Virus record (IMG/VR): IMGVR_UViG_3300022917_000021
Location: 1 to 33,131 of that record
Reading direction: 5' to 3' (one strand)
Length of the DNA stretch: 33,131 bases
Source of the DNA: a virus
Taxonomy: Duplodnaviria; Caudoviricetes
Made by a program: the position numbers and the translations under genes. Numbering within the stretch: the stretch's first letter is position 1; every line of letters begins with the position of its first letter. The notes under the pieces are model-generated. The model was not told the origin of the DNA. It saw nothing but the letters and a program-made list of their open reading frames with translations, and ran no database searches. Shown in pieces: positions 33,005 to 33,131 of the stretch.

Positions 33005-33131
33005 AAACCGCTGCATCCGTAGAAGCCAGCACGTCACTCGAGCTTTTCCCAGCCGTGCTCGACGCCTGCTGTGGAACGCGCTCGATGTGGTTCGACCGCA
33101 CCGATGGCCGAGCTCTATTCCTCGATAACCG
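33001..33131 (+). CDS. Phage SAM-dependent methyltransferase (partial, runs off window)
   Basis: MKTAAS...VLDACCGTRSMWFDRTDGRALFLDNR, motif I of a common phage methylase family. Confidence 0.8.
   Translation, partial: MKTAASVEASTSLELFPAVLDACCGTRSMWFDRTDGRALFLDN

Larger units (their letters stand above)
1..33131. mobile_element. Temperate P22-like phage genome (partial, non-integrated form with intact attP)
   Basis: Integrase+attP, cI/cro switch, terminase, P22-type portal/scaffold/coat/gp4/gp10/ejection proteins, tailspike and lysis genes; no host genes in the window. Confidence 0.96.

Overview
The whole window is part of a temperate P22-like (short-tailed, headful-type) bacteriophage genome. 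It is in the non-integrated configuration: an intact attP carrying the 3' half of tRNA-Lys(UUU) has phage genes on both sides. From left to right: the end of the early operon, DUF4224-type xis, tyrosine integrase, attP, HNH endonuclease and an orphan integrase C-terminus. A long minus-strand operon follows, reading right to left: cro, replication initiator, RusA, two secreted proteins, GroES-like protein, terminase, portal, scaffold, coat, gp4/gp10, DNA-ejection proteins, two receptor-binding proteins and lysis genes. The window ends with cI and the start of the rightward early operon, including two methyltransferase-like genes. The most unusual signals are: (1) an int-attP-HNH cassette followed in frame by a second, canonical integrase catalytic C-terminus; (2) a 15/16 parS palindrome inside attP; (3) a perfect four-way-junction RNA with its own promoter between terL and portal; (4) an antisense methyltransferase moron next to the tailspike and a small antisense membrane peptide at the sieA position; (5) a 22-bp 'NTRSQE' repeat marking gene starts and a fusion in the early region. 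All protein calls come from motif recognition by eye; no database search was run.
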